The translations under genes and the position numbers were made by a program. Positions 26,435 to 36,150 of a stretch of 64,000 nucleotides of DNA are shown piece after piece. How positions within the stretch are numbered: position 1 is the first letter of the stretch; every line of letters begins with the position of its first letter. A model generated the notes under the pieces. It was given only the letters and a program-made list of their open reading frames with translations. It had not been told where the DNA came from and made no database searches. The stretch lies in the NCBI GenBank assembly GCA_050015495.1, contig JBEKBH010000001.1, positions 171,717 to 235,716 on the forward strand, given 5' to 3'. The stretch is from Verrucomicrobiia bacterium (GTDB lineage: Bacteria > Verrucomicrobiota > Verrucomicrobiia > Palsa-1439).

Positions 26435-28039
26435 TTACTTCGACCCAAAATTCCGCGTAGGCTCGACCGTGTTGGTGGTGACCCCGTCGCTTTGGCCGGC
26501 GTAGCCTCTCAATCCAAAAAAGCTTCGGGCTTCCGAGTTGTCTTTCGGCATCCACTTGCCGTTCGTGAACACTTGTTCATTCGGCAAGCCGTTGGCGTAC
26601 TTCTCGTAACCGGTCTGTTGATCTGGATGGACGATCGTTGGCGTCAGGAAAATCAACAGGTCGCGCTTCGTCTTGCTCAGACTCTTGTTACGGAACAACG
26701 GCCCGAGCACGGGCGCGTCGCCCATCAGGGGCACTTTGCTGTAGTTGTCGCTGACGTCCACGCGCATCAGCCCGCCGATGGCCAGGGTGTTGCCGCTCTT
26801 GATAAGGACGGTCGTCTGCGCCGTGCGCGTCTGGATGATGGGAATCGACACCGAGTTACCACCGCCGCTCTGCAGTGTCGCGTTTTGCGACGAGCTGCTC
26901 GCTTCCGGCTGTACGTCCAACGTGACGTAATCGTTCCGATTGACGCGGGGCGTTACGGTCAGGATGATGCCAATGTCCTTGTAGTCAAACCCCGCGATTT
27001 GCAGCGACGCCGTTTGTTCGCTGAAGGAAAAGTTCGGAATCGGATATTGTTCGGCGATGGAAATGCGCGTTTTGACATTGTCCGTCGCGACGACGCGCGG
27101 GTTGGCAAGCAATTCCGAGTCCGTATCCTGATTGAGGTAGTTAAAGACAATCGCCGCGTTACCCGGGTTCAACAGGGCGTACGGCGCGGACCATCCCCCG
27201 CCATTGAGACTCTTGATCATGCTGAAACCGGTAAGGTTGTTACCGTTGATCGGATCGGTGGCGTATGACGTTGGTTGTGTCGGGTCGCCGCCCGGGGCGG
27301 TGCGAAAACCCGTCGCCGACAATGAATGATTAAGCAGCGTGCCGCTCCAATCGATTCCCAGGTTCTTTTGCGGATTCTTGATCGTCTCGATGAATTTCGC
27401 CTCGATCAATACCTGTGGCGTTTCCGTATCGAGCGATTTGATCAGCGGCATGAGCCTCGACAGGCTGGACGGCGTATCGGAAAGCACCAGCGTGTTGCTC
27501 CGAGCGTCCACCTCGATCTTGCCCTGTTTGGTCAATACGGGATCAAGCGTCTTCTTCACGTCTTCCGCCTTCGCATACGCCAGGGTGCACACCCGCAACT
27601 CGATCGGCTCCACGTCCAGCGATTCTCGCGACTTGACCTTGACCACGTCATTGTCGTTAACGTAGGCGTAGCCCTTGGATTCAGCGATCAACTGCATCGC
27701 CTGCTGGTAGGAGATCCCCTTCAAATTGACCGTGACCTTGCCGGTCACTTCGTCGCCCAGTATCAAATTGACACCCGCCTTGGCGGCAAGGGTGCGCAGC
27801 ACGTTCTGGATGTCCGCCTCAATGTAACCAATTTCGATCGGCTCATCGGCCGGTGGTCGGGGCGGGTTCGTCACCGTCGCGACGGCGGGCACCGTCACCG
27901 CTCCCGTCGCTGGCACCGCGGCGGCCATGGGCGCTGTTACCACCTCAGTGACGTTCGATGGCGCAGGCCCGTCCGCATCAGCGACGGAGCAGAGCAGGGC
28001 GCCGGACAGGCAAAGGGTCAGCAGTCGTCGCGTTTTCAT
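26435..28039 (-). CDS. pilQ: Type IV pilus secretin PilQ (GspD/secretin family)
   Basis: Signal peptide MKTRRLLTLCLSGALLCSVADA. N-domains, then the C-terminal secretin domain (VLIEAKFIETIKNPQKNLGIDW ... VPLMGDAPVLGPLFRNKSLSKTKRDLLIFLTPTIV). Confidence 0.85.
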   Translation of the reverse strand: MKTRRLLTLCLSGALLCSVADADGPAPSNVTEVVTAPMAAAVPATGAVTVPAVATVTNPPRPPADEPIEIGYIEADIQNVLRTLAAKAGVNLILGDEVTGKVTVNLKGISYQQAMQLIAESKGYAYVNDNDVVKVKSRESLDVEPIELRVCTLAYAKAEDVKKTLDPVLTKQGKIEVDARSNTLVLSDTPSSLSRLMPLIKSLDTETPQVLIEAKFIETIKNPQKNLGIDWSGTLLNHSLSATGFRTAPGGDPTQPTSYATDPINGNNLTGFSMIKSLNGGGWSAPYALLNPGNAAIVFNYLNQDTDSELLANPRVVATDNVKTRISIAEQYPIPNFSFSEQTASLQIAGFDYKDIGIILTVTPRVNRNDYVTLDVQPEASSSSQNATLQSGGGNSVSIPIIQTRTAQTTVLIKSGNTLAIGGLMRVDVSDNYSKVPLMGDAPVLGPLFRNKSLSKTKRDLLIFLTPTIVHPDQQTGYEKYANGLPNEQVFTNGKWMPKDNSEARSFFGLRGYAGQSDGVTTNTVEPTRNFGSK

Positions 28040-28109
28040 GTTGTCCTCCTACGAAGCAGCAGCCTCTGGGCCAGCCCGAACACATTCGGGAGTGGCATCC
28101 TTGTTTGGA

Positions 28110-28559
28110 TTACTTGGTTTCCGGATCGGGCACGGCGCCACCGAGCCGCAATTCCATCTTTTCTCCCCCCACCTGCAACACCACCAGTTCGCGCGTGATC
28201 TTTAGTGCCTTGACGTCCACTTCCCCTTGCACGGTTCGCATTTTCACCGGCTGGTTCAACTCCAGAAGCTGGTCATTGACCAGAGCGGCGGGATGGACCG
28301 CATCATACAAAATGCCCATCAATTTCAACGTGCCGGCATCAACCGACGCGACCGTCGCGGCGCGATTCGTATCCGTCGAACCCGGCAGTTGTGCTCCAAA
28401 CGGATCGCGTGAGTTTTGCGTCACGTACGTCGAGGGGATCAACTCAAGACTGTGTCCGGACTTGCTCTCCGTGGCCGCCCCGACCCGCGCGCAGAGAAAC
28501 AGAAACAGCACGAGGAAGATAATCGCCTGACAAAACGCCAGTACCCCGACCACCCTCAT
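28110..28559 (-). CDS. pilP: PilP-like pilus assembly lipoprotein/inner-membrane component
   Basis: MRVVGVLAFCQAIIFLVLFLFLCA anchor, RDPFGAQ motif, then a beta-domain (LKLMGILYDAVHPAALVNDQLLELNQPV). Positioned between pilO and pilQ. Confidence 0.55.
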   Translation of the reverse strand: MRVVGVLAFCQAIIFLVLFLFLCARVGAATESKSGHSLELIPSTYVTQNSRDPFGAQLPGSTDTNRAATVASVDAGTLKLMGILYDAVHPAALVNDQLLELNQPVKMRTVQGEVDVKALKITRELVVLQVGGEKMELRLGGAVPDPETK

Positions 28560-28720
28560 GGACGCGGAAAGATCCGTACTCGATGATGGACGACAATTCG
28601 CTGACCGGGCATGGGCCGGCAGAGCACGGCCCGGCTTGCGGACGGCCGCGTGCGTATCGATCACGAGGCCACCATTCGATTTGGCGCGGTGTATCCAGGG
28701 GACGGAATGAGCGTGAGATC

Positions 28721-29353
28721 TCATGTTGACTTCTTGGCCTCCGCTTTCTTGGACGGTTCCGGCGGTAGCACGCGCAGCGTGATGGTCAGAGTCGCTCCGT
28801 GCCGGCCTCTGTCTTCCGCGTTGCCGCCCAGAGACAAGGATCGAATCTCAGCTGTGGGAAATTTATTCTCCAGGTCTCGAACAAACGCACCAAGCTGGTC
28901 GTACGTGCCCGAAGCCTCGATGCCGGTTGTGTAGGTACGGCCTTTCGATTCTTTGGCCGTTTCCGGATTGATGCCGGGGTGCAGTGCCGTGATCCGCACG
29001 GGATGTTGTTCGGCCAGCAGGCTGATCTCACGCACCACCCAGGCAAACGGATCGCCAGAAATCATAGCCGCCTGTTGTGCTTCGACAAACGACTTTACCT
29101 CCGCACGATAGGCGAAGTCCTGCTGCGCTCCACGGGCCTGCCGCTCGCCCTCACGGATTTGGTCGGCCAGCTTGGTAATGCTGGCGTCGGTCTCGGTCAG
29201 GGCGGTCCAGTTTTTCAGCACGTAGAACTCCACTGCGCCGACGACGGCCGCCAATGTAACAATGCAGACAAACACCGCCTGTTGCACTTTTTCCTTCGGC
29301 ATCTTTTTCAGAAAAGCGATTTTCACTTTGTCGACTTCTCCATGTACCAACAT
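28721..29353 (-). CDS. pilO: PilO-like pilus assembly protein
   Basis: Single TM (AVFVCIVTLAAVVGAVEFYVL) followed by a coiled-coil and a periplasmic domain. Position between pilN and pilP. The start could be the internal Met at 29302 (MPKEK), which would remove the 31-bp overlap with pilN. Confidence 0.55.
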   Translation of the reverse strand: MLVHGEVDKVKIAFLKKMPKEKVQQAVFVCIVTLAAVVGAVEFYVLKNWTALTETDASITKLADQIREGERQARGAQQDFAYRAEVKSFVEAQQAAMISGDPFAWVVREISLLAEQHPVRITALHPGINPETAKESKGRTYTTGIEASGTYDQLGAFVRDLENKFPTAEIRSLSLGGNAEDRGRHGATLTITLRVLPPEPSKKAEAKKST

Positions 29354-29994
29354 TCGATGGAAAAATTGGCCGCATCTTTTGTGGCGCCGGCCTTGTCGGT
29401 CTCCGCCACACGGCTGATCGCGCGCAGTTGGATGTCCTCGACCAGCGCGCTGAAGCGTGCGTCGCTTCGCAGCAGCTTGAGAAACCGGTCCACTTCCAAC
29501 TCCGGTTCGCTGCCAAAGGCCTTTCCATCCAATCGCACAACGAGCCGCTGGGACTTCTTGGGATGCCCACCGTGCCGGCCCCCGCCATCATCGCCTCCGT
29601 CGTCCGAGCCGGGATTGTCCACACTCAGTGCGAAAGCAAGCTGCGTTAGCTCAACCGATGGGGGAATGAGGTCTTTCACCAGGGCTATCTGCGGGGCAAT
29701 CAACACCCGCGAGTGATTCAGGGCCACGATCTCTCCGGCGGAGGTACTGAGTTTTTTAAAGTCGCTTTCTTCCGCCCCCCCATTGTTCATCTTGTCCCAC
29801 TTCGATTCGAGTCCTGCCAACTCAGTGCGTTTTTGCATCAGGACCGCCGAGAGCACGCCGCCCGATGCCACCACGATGGTCAGTACTCCCAGACCAACGG
29901 CAATGAACAGTTTGACCGGGTCCCGAGCGCGCGTCTCTTGCGCCAATTGTTCTTCGGCCAGTAGGTTGAGCGTAATCGCCGTCATGATTCCCAC
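29323..29994 (-). CDS. pilN: PilN-like pilus assembly protein
   Basis: N-terminal ITLNLLAEEQ motif (PilN I-x-L-NLLP-like), a single TM (LFIAVGLGVLTIVVASGGVLSAVLM), and a periplasmic domain. Follows pilM with 8 bp spacing. Confidence 0.65.
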   Translation of the reverse strand: MGIMTAITLNLLAEEQLAQETRARDPVKLFIAVGLGVLTIVVASGGVLSAVLMQKRTELAGLESKWDKMNNGGAEESDFKKLSTSAGEIVALNHSRVLIAPQIALVKDLIPPSVELTQLAFALSVDNPGSDDGGDDGGGRHGGHPKKSQRLVVRLDGKAFGSEPELEVDRFLKLLRSDARFSALVEDIQLRAISRVAETDKAGATKDAANFSIECWYMEKSTK

Positions 29995-30001
29995 TCGCCG
30001 G

Positions 30002-31147
30002 TCAGGACAAACGGCCTGCCGCCACTCCCACGACTGCGGCGAGTGATGGCCCTAGGGAAAGGACCCGCCGCGTTCCCCCGCTGAACTGGCTCACATCCAG
30101 GCTTTCTACCGCATTCCAGCATTCCACCGGCGTGCCGACCGCCTCGCCCAGGATTGCCAGCATCTGGGGGGAACTGGCCGAGCCGCCGCAGGCGTAGATT
30201 CGTTGAACGTGCAAATCATTCTGCCGCTCGAAGAAATCGATGGAGGAGCGAATCTCCCGGGCGAGTGGCGAGACCGCCGTCTTCACCAATTCCTGCACAG
30301 GCGGGGACATCTTGCGCTTTTCTTCCTCCGCTTCCTGGGGTTTGAGCATGAGAACCTGGCCAATGTATTCGCTGATTTGCGCGCCGCCAAAATGCATGAT
30401 GCGCGTGATCAACGGCAGGCCGCCCTGCAGAAAATTGACGCTCGTCATCCGCGCGCCAATGTCCACCAGGACCACGACATCGTCCTTCATGTCGGGATGG
30501 CTGAAGTGAAAGGCATTGATGACGGATACAGCGGCCAACTCGATCACCCGGGGTTTGATCTTGGCCGCGGTGAGCGCTTCACGGCATGCGTCCACTTCTT
30601 CCTTGTTCGCGCCGCCAACCAGGATGATTGTCTTGGTGCCATCCTTGCCGTTGTCATTCGGCTTGTCCTGTTTGTCCTTCGTCTTGGCGGCATCCTTGGT
30701 CTGGGACGCTTCGACCGGCTTGGCAGCACCTTTCGCCTTGGCTTTGGGGCCCTGCGATCCCTTTTTTAATTCGAATGCATCGAGATAGTATGACGAAAAA
30801 TCGCGCCGCAGATATCCCGCGCTGTTGAGTTTGAGTGCACTCTTGATTTCCTCGATCGGAACCGGCGGAAACTCGGCTTGGCAGACCATCGCCGAACTGC
30901 AGCTGATGGTCACATAGGCACGTCGCTCGGAAGTCTTGAGAGTGTCGACGGTCTTTTGGAGTTCGGCCACGAATTCCGGCCCCCGGTACGCCTTGGCTGG
31001 CGTAGTGGGTATGGCATGCACGGCGTACTCCAAGAGCTCAAACGTGTCTCGTTGCCGGCGAATCAGCGCCGCTTTTATCTGGCTCGATCCGATGTCGATC
31101 CCGAGCGCCAAATCGGACTTGCGCCGCTTATTGACGTGAAAAAACAT
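30002..31147 (-). CDS. pilM: Type IV pilus assembly ATPase-like protein PilM (actin-like fold)
   Basis: LGIDIGSSQIKAALIRRQ... and later GGANKEEVDACREALTAAKIKPRVIELAAVSVINAF, YACGGSASSPQMLAILGEAVG are the PilM/FtsA-like motifs. Confidence 0.85.
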   Translation of the reverse strand: MFFHVNKRRKSDLALGIDIGSSQIKAALIRRQRDTFELLEYAVHAIPTTPAKAYRGPEFVAELQKTVDTLKTSERRAYVTISCSSAMVCQAEFPPVPIEEIKSALKLNSAGYLRRDFSSYYLDAFELKKGSQGPKAKAKGAAKPVEASQTKDAAKTKDKQDKPNDNGKDGTKTIILVGGANKEEVDACREALTAAKIKPRVIELAAVSVINAFHFSHPDMKDDVVVLVDIGARMTSVNFLQGGLPLITRIMHFGGAQISEYIGQVLMLKPQEAEEEKRKMSPPVQELVKTAVSPLAREIRSSIDFFERQNDLHVQRIYACGGSASSPQMLAILGEAVGTPVECWNAVESLDVSQFSGGTRRVLSLGPSLAAVVGVAAGRLS

Positions 31148-31501
31148 GGTTTTCTATCGCCCTCCATTTATCTAGCATCTGATGTGCCATCACTTCGATC
31201 GCCCCCCCGGGATGACGGGCAAACACTACCCAGCTTCGGTGCGGTTTCAGTCGTTACTCGGCGCCAAAAACGTTGATTTCGTCCTCCTGGAGAGCGTTAG
31301 TTGGTTACTCCCAACCGGGCCGATGGCCTAAAAGCGTCCCCGAGCAAATCCGTGGCGTTGATGCCAGCCTGTTGTGCGTACTGGCGAGCCCCCATGAGAT
31401 CTACGAAGGCGCCGCCTACCACTCCGATCTCCAACGTTCAGCCATTGACTGCGGCGTCGTTCACGATGCGTCGCCCTTGCGACAACTTGCGGTGTAGAAG
31501 A

Positions 31502-31529
31502 GAGGCAGGAGGGACGGCCCTCCTGCCTC
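31502..31529 (-). terminator. Perfect 12-bp-stem hairpin downstream of the pilin gene (terminator/attenuator between pilin and pilM)
   Basis: GAGGCAGGAGGG-acgg-CCCTCCTGCCTC, followed on the minus-strand transcript by UCUUCU. A second 14-bp perfect palindrome AGCGCACGTGCGCT lies at 31548-31561. Confidence 0.4.
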
Positions 31530-31578
31530 TGGCAAGTTCAAACATCAAGCGCACGTGCGCTCGTGCCTGGGTTCCAGT

Positions 31579-31965
31579 TTAGTACGGACCCCAGTCAATA
31601 CCAACGTTGGCCAACGAACTCTTGGTCGCGGTGGAAATGAGGATTTGCCCGGTCCCCACAACCATGGTGGCAGGTGCGAAGGCGTTACCGAGCAGGTCCT
31701 GCGTCTTCCACGTCGTCTTCAAGTACGTTTGCGCGCCCGTCGTGTTAACGGTAGCGCCGTCCGTCTGGCCTGTCTCGAGAGCCCATTGATCAATGGCGGC
31801 GTCCTGCTGACGGCAGTCATTGAGAATGCGGCGACCCTGAGACTGTTTGCGGGCTTTGACGAAGCCCGGGACCGCGAGAGCGGCGAGCAACCCAACGATG
31901 GCAACCACTATCATGATTTCAACCAGGGTGAACGCCGAACGGTCATTGCGGATCTTGTTGATCAT
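31579..31965 (-). CDS. Type IV pilin (class III prepilin; candidate major pilin)
   Basis: MINKIRNDRSAFTLVEIMIVVAIVGLLAALAVPGF (prepilin leader + FTLVE + hydrophobic helix). A strong GGGGAGGTG Shine-Dalgarno lies 5 nt upstream. Followed by strong hairpins, as is typical for major pilin genes. Confidence 0.75.
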   Translation of the reverse strand: MINKIRNDRSAFTLVEIMIVVAIVGLLAALAVPGFVKARKQSQGRRILNDCRQQDAAIDQWALETGQTDGATVNTTGAQTYLKTTWKTQDLLGNAFAPATMVVGTGQILISTATKSSLANVGIDWGPY

Positions 31966-32334
31966 CTGATTCACCTCCCCTTTTTTGGTGATTTCTGCTT
32001 CCACGTCATGGTTTTCCAGCAGCATTGATGCCAGTTGGCACGTGGAGCGCGGACGCCTATTTTCACCCGCTCATTTTTGAAGGTTGGCTGTTCTTTCCCA
32101 CCCAGACCTGAGAATTCTTGCAGTTGTGCAAGCCACCGCGGGCATCAAACACGTGCCCGTACACAATTGTGCCGACATGTGAACAAGCCTGTTCGCGGCA
32201 TCCGTCACCGCACGAGGTTCTGTCACCGGAGGTACACACTTCCGAAACTGGTCGTCGTCGCCAGGCTGCCACGTGACCGCGTTGGCGTGGGCTACGTTGT
32301 GGCAACGCCACTCACATGGGCGCGGAACGCGACC

Positions 32335-33864
32335 TCACGCCGATGGTTGAAGCTTCTCCGCCTCAACCTCGTCTTCCGTGGATGGGGCGGCGAGCTTCCG
32401 ATAAAGCGTCGCCATGCTGATGCCGAGCATCTCGGCAGCCTTCTCTTTGTCGCCGCCAGCGGCCTGAATCACCTGCTCGATGTAATCAACTTCTTGACGA
32501 TGCAGAAACTCCTTGAGCTGCAGGGGCGGCAATCCCCGGCTCCACTGGGCCGCGTCGGCAGCCCTCTCGGCAAGCAACGGATCAATGGTCGATTCGCACA
32601 TCTCGGGAGTCGTCACCACCGCTGGCGGGCCGTATTGTGGAGGATCCATTCGGGGCACCACCGCACCGACCCCGGCCACGGCTTCGAGCACGCGCTCGGG
32701 CAGGTCCTTGAGCAATACCACGCCGCCATCACAGAGCGCGCTCGCTCGTTCCACGGCGTTTTGCAATTCGCGCACGTTGCCGGGCCAGCGATAACTCTTC
32801 AACACGCCCATCACCTCGTCGGTGAAACGTGGCGGCGCGACTCCCTGCCGCTGGGAGATTTGTTGGATAAAATGCGTCACCAAGAGCGGGATGTCTTCCG
32901 TGCGCTCGCGCAACGCCGGGAGTTGGATCGGGATGACGCTGATGCGGTAATAGAGGTCTTCCCGAAACGACTTGTCGACCATCTTCTGCTGGAGCGGCTC
33001 GTTGGTCGACGCCAGAACGCGGACATCAACTTTGATCGTGTCGGTGTCCCCTACCCGGCGTAGTTCCTTGTCTTGAAGAAAGCGCAGCAGCTTGCTCTGT
33101 AGACTTGGCGCCATGGACCCGATTTCATCCAGAAGAATCGTGCCGCCATCGGCATGCTGGAACAGGCCCAGCTTGTCGAAGGCCGCCCCGGTAAAGGCGC
33201 CCTTGCGATGACCGAACAGCTCCGATTCGAGCAGGTGCTCGGGAAGGGCGCTGCAATTGACAGCCACGAACGGCATGGCCGCGCGGCGGCTGTTGTAGTG
33301 CAGGGCGCGGGCGACCAGTTCCTTGCCCGTGCCACTTTCGCCAAGAATGAGCACCGTGGAATCGGTGTTGGCCACACGCTCGATGAGGCGATACACCGAC
33401 TCCATCCGGGCGGTGGTGCCAATCATCGACTCAAAACGAAATTTTTCCTGCAGTTGACGGCGGAGTTCGACGTTCTCTTCGAGGGCATGCACCGCTTTTT
33501 GCTGAACAAGCGCGTTATCGACGCGTTTGACCAACTCGTCGATCTGGAATGGTTTCTCGATAAAATCCTGCGCACCGGCCCGAAGCGCCTGCACCGCGCG
33601 CTCCTTCGTGCCCTGTCCCGTGATCATGACCACGGGAATGGAGCGATTATGTTCCTTCACCTGCTGTAACAGCTTCAACCCCAGTGGTTTGCCCTCCGGC
33701 ATCTCGACGTCCGCCAACACGAGATCCGGAGATTCATCCCTCGTCAGCTGCAAGGCTCGCTCCGGGCTGCTCGCTGGGATCACCTCATGGCGATGCTCCC
33801 GCAAGACCTCCGAGAGCACGGCCACCATCGCCGGATCATCGTCGACTATAATTATCTTGGCCAT
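32335..33864 (-). CDS. Sigma-54-dependent response regulator, PilR-like (NtrC family)
   Basis: [17 protein letters not shown]...LVLADVEMP (receiver), [15 protein letters not shown]...GAFTGAA...ILLDEIGSM (sigma-54 AAA+), and C-terminal [16 protein letters not shown] (HTH). A GGAGGA Shine-Dalgarno lies upstream. Sits between pilC and the pilin gene. Confidence 0.85.
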   Translation of the reverse strand: MAKIIIVDDDPAMVAVLSEVLREHRHEVIPASSPERALQLTRDESPDLVLADVEMPEGKPLGLKLLQQVKEHNRSIPVVMITGQGTKERAVQALRAGAQDFIEKPFQIDELVKRVDNALVQQKAVHALEENVELRRQLQEKFRFESMIGTTARMESVYRLIERVANTDSTVLILGESGTGKELVARALHYNSRRAAMPFVAVNCSALPEHLLESELFGHRKGAFTGAAFDKLGLFQHADGGTILLDEIGSMAPSLQSKLLRFLQDKELRRVGDTDTIKVDVRVLASTNEPLQQKMVDKSFREDLYYRISVIPIQLPALRERTEDIPLLVTHFIQQISQRQGVAPPRFTDEVMGVLKSYRWPGNVRELQNAVERASALCDGGVVLLKDLPERVLEAVAGVGAVVPRMDPPQYGPPAVVTTPEMCESTIDPLLAERAADAAQWSRGLPPLQLKEFLHRQEVDYIEQVIQAAGGDKEKAAEMLGISMATLYRKLAAPSTEDEVEAEKLQPSA

Positions 33865-33941
33865 CTGATTCCTCCAGTCACTTTCCCCTGCAGTCATTCA
33901 CCCGCGTCGCGTGCCCGCCGGCTGCCCCCGGTGGCGGGACT

Positions 33942-35153
33942 CTAAAATTGAACAATTTGGTTCAGTTTGAAGATCGGCAGAAACATGCAAATGACGATGC
34001 TGCCGACCACCACGCCGAGAAATACGATCAGCAAGGGTTCGATCAACGACGTCAATCCCGACAACGTGGCGTCGATTTCTTCGTCGTAGAAATCCGAAAT
34101 TTTCTCCAGCATGACGTCCACCTTGCCGGTTTGTTCCCCCGCGGATACCATCCTCACCAACATCGGGGGAAAAATCGAATGCTGTCCCATGGCCACGGCC
34201 AGATTGTCTCCGTGCTCAATGCTGATGGCGGTCTTGATGACCGCGGCTTCCACGACCGTGTTGCCCGAAGATTGACCGACAATGTGCAGGGTTTCCAAAA
34301 TGGGCACGCCGCTGCGAAGCAGGGCGGCAAATGTCCGTGAAAACCGCGAGATGCAAATCTTGTGGACGAGCTTCCCAAACACGGGCAACCGCAGTTTGGT
34401 GCGGTCCCAGAGCGCGGTTCCTCTTCGGGTGTGTTTGAATTTGACAACGCCAAAAACGAATCCGGCCGCCGTGCCCATCGCGAGAATAAAGTACGTTCGG
34501 ATAAAGTCGCTGATATCGATAAGGATCTGCGTGGGGGCCGGCAATTGCGCGCCGAAGTCCTTGTAAATGTTGCCAAAAATCGGAATCACTTTGACGATCA
34601 GAAACAAGGCGATGCCCAGGGCGACAACGCACACGATCACCGGATAGCTCATCGCCGATTTCACCTTTTTCTTCAGGCGAGAACTCGATTCGAGATAACA
34701 CGCGAGGCGATCGAGGATTTCCGCCAGTAAGCCGCCCGTTTCCCCGGCTTCCACCATGCACACGTATAACTTGTTGAACACTTTGGGATGTTCCGCCAAC
34801 GCCTCGGAAAACGCATGCCCTTGCTCGACTTGCTCGGTCGTCTGGCGCAGCACGGGCTTGAATGTCAGGCTCTCCGTTTGTTCTTCCAGCGCGGTCAACG
34901 ACTGCACGAGGGGCAATCCCGCGTCGATCATCGTCGCCAACTGCCGGGTGAACACGACCAAATCCTGGGCCTTTACCTTGCCCTGACGGCGCTTCCGTCC
35001 CGCCTTGTGTCCCGCCCCCCCCGCACGAATGGAAACGACCATCAGGCCACGATCCATCAGCGACGAAGCCGCCGCCTGTGCGTCTACCGCCTCGATGTCG
35101 CCATTGGTCGGACGCCCGGAGGCATCGCGCGCTTGATATATGAACCTCGCCAT
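33942..35153 (-). CDS. pilC: Type IV pilus inner-membrane platform protein PilC (GspF family)
   Basis: Duplicated GspF domains with FSRTFAALLRSGVPILETL / LVRMVSAGEQTGKVDVML motifs. 403 aa, 3 TM. Confidence 0.9.
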   Translation of the reverse strand: MARFIYQARDASGRPTNGDIEAVDAQAAASSLMDRGLMVVSIRAGGAGHKAGRKRRQGKVKAQDLVVFTRQLATMIDAGLPLVQSLTALEEQTESLTFKPVLRQTTEQVEQGHAFSEALAEHPKVFNKLYVCMVEAGETGGLLAEILDRLACYLESSSRLKKKVKSAMSYPVIVCVVALGIALFLIVKVIPIFGNIYKDFGAQLPAPTQILIDISDFIRTYFILAMGTAAGFVFGVVKFKHTRRGTALWDRTKLRLPVFGKLVHKICISRFSRTFAALLRSGVPILETLHIVGQSSGNTVVEAAVIKTAISIEHGDNLAVAMGQHSIFPPMLVRMVSAGEQTGKVDVMLEKISDFYDEEIDATLSGLTSLIEPLLIVFLGVVVGSIVICMFLPIFKLNQIVQF

Positions 35154-35295
35154 TGCCCGCTCGTCAGTTCCTTGTTGCCATCGACAAAAATCCTCCTCTG
35201 TATCGAGCAGCTAACATGCCACCGCGATTGATAAGATTTGGGGTCAAGTTTTTTCTTGCGGCGGCGTTGATTCACTGAAACAATTCGTCAGGCTG

Positions 35296-36150
35296 GTGCG
35301 AGGAATTCCCCTCGCGCAGGCTGGAGAAACGCAAGAAATGCTGAAACCAACCCTCGATTGCCGCTGCTCCCCTGAGAAAATCACTTCCGTGGAAAACCGG
35401 CGCCCACACTGGCTCTTGCCCATTTTTGTCGCCATCGCTTGGACGAATTTGGTTGGGACCGTCCCCGCCCTTTCGGCAGAAGAAACCCACACCCCGATTG
35501 CGAGCATTAACCTATCGCTGACGAATCATGCTATCACCGTTCAGGCTGCGATTTCGGCGATACAAGAACCGTCCGGCGCGCGTGCTCCCTATGTCGTCAG
35601 CCTCATGGAAAGCAACGCCACGGTCCCGCTCGTTTACTGGTCGGACATGCAACCGAAACTCGCCGAGAAGGTAAAAGTCGGCAACGTCATCCGAGCCAAG
35701 GTCAAAGTGAGCCTCTATCGAGATCGTCTGCAACTGCGAATTTCCGGGCCCGATGCCATCGACCTCGTGAGTGCAGCCCCCTCCACCGACGATTCCACCA
35801 ACTCACCCGCGGAAGCCACAAATGCTCCGCCCCCGGTTGTGCCCGCTACTCCCTCTTCCCCGCCGGTGCGGGCCGCGATCGGTAACATCAAGGAGGATTG
35901 GGTGGGACGGTGGGTGATCATTTCCGGGACCATCTCGGGCAGCGACAACGGTGAGAAGAGCCGTCGGTTGAGCGTTCAGGATGCCACCGGTGAAATTCAG
36001 GTCGTGTTGGGCGAAAGCGAGTTGATCAACTTACCCATCCATGAATGGTTGCTGGGGCGCGTGGTAAAAATTACCGGCCCGGTAAATCTAGTTGACGAGA
36101 AACTGACCGTAGTCCCCCAGTCAGCCGACGCCGTCACGCTCGTCCGCTAG
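35296..36150 (+). CDS. Secreted protein with two OB-fold (BOF/YgiW-like) repeats
   Basis: Signal-like WLLPIFVAIAWTNLVGTVPALSAEE. Two internally similar ~90-aa segments (…VGNVIRAKVKVSLYRDRLQLRISGPDAIDLV / …LLGRVVKITGPVNLVDEKLTVVPQSADAVTLV). Exact start uncertain. Confidence 0.45.
   Translation: MRGIPLAQAGETQEMLKPTLDCRCSPEKITSVENRRPHWLLPIFVAIAWTNLVGTVPALSAEETHTPIASINLSLTNHAITVQAAISAIQEPSGARAPYVVSLMESNATVPLVYWSDMQPKLAEKVKVGNVIRAKVKVSLYRDRLQLRISGPDAIDLVSAAPSTDDSTNSPAEATNAPPPVVPATPSSPPVRAAIGNIKEDWVGRWVIISGTISGSDNGEKSRRLSVQDATGEIQVVLGESELINLPIHEWLLGRVVKITGPVNLVDEKLTVVPQSADAVTLVR

Noticed and set aside
31966-32334. Looked for a sigma-54 (-24 GG / -12 GC) promoter upstream of the pilin gene
   Set aside because: Best candidate (TGGCTT-N-CTGCA on the minus strand around 32120) has wrong spacing. 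Not reported as a feature. Needs a PWM scan.
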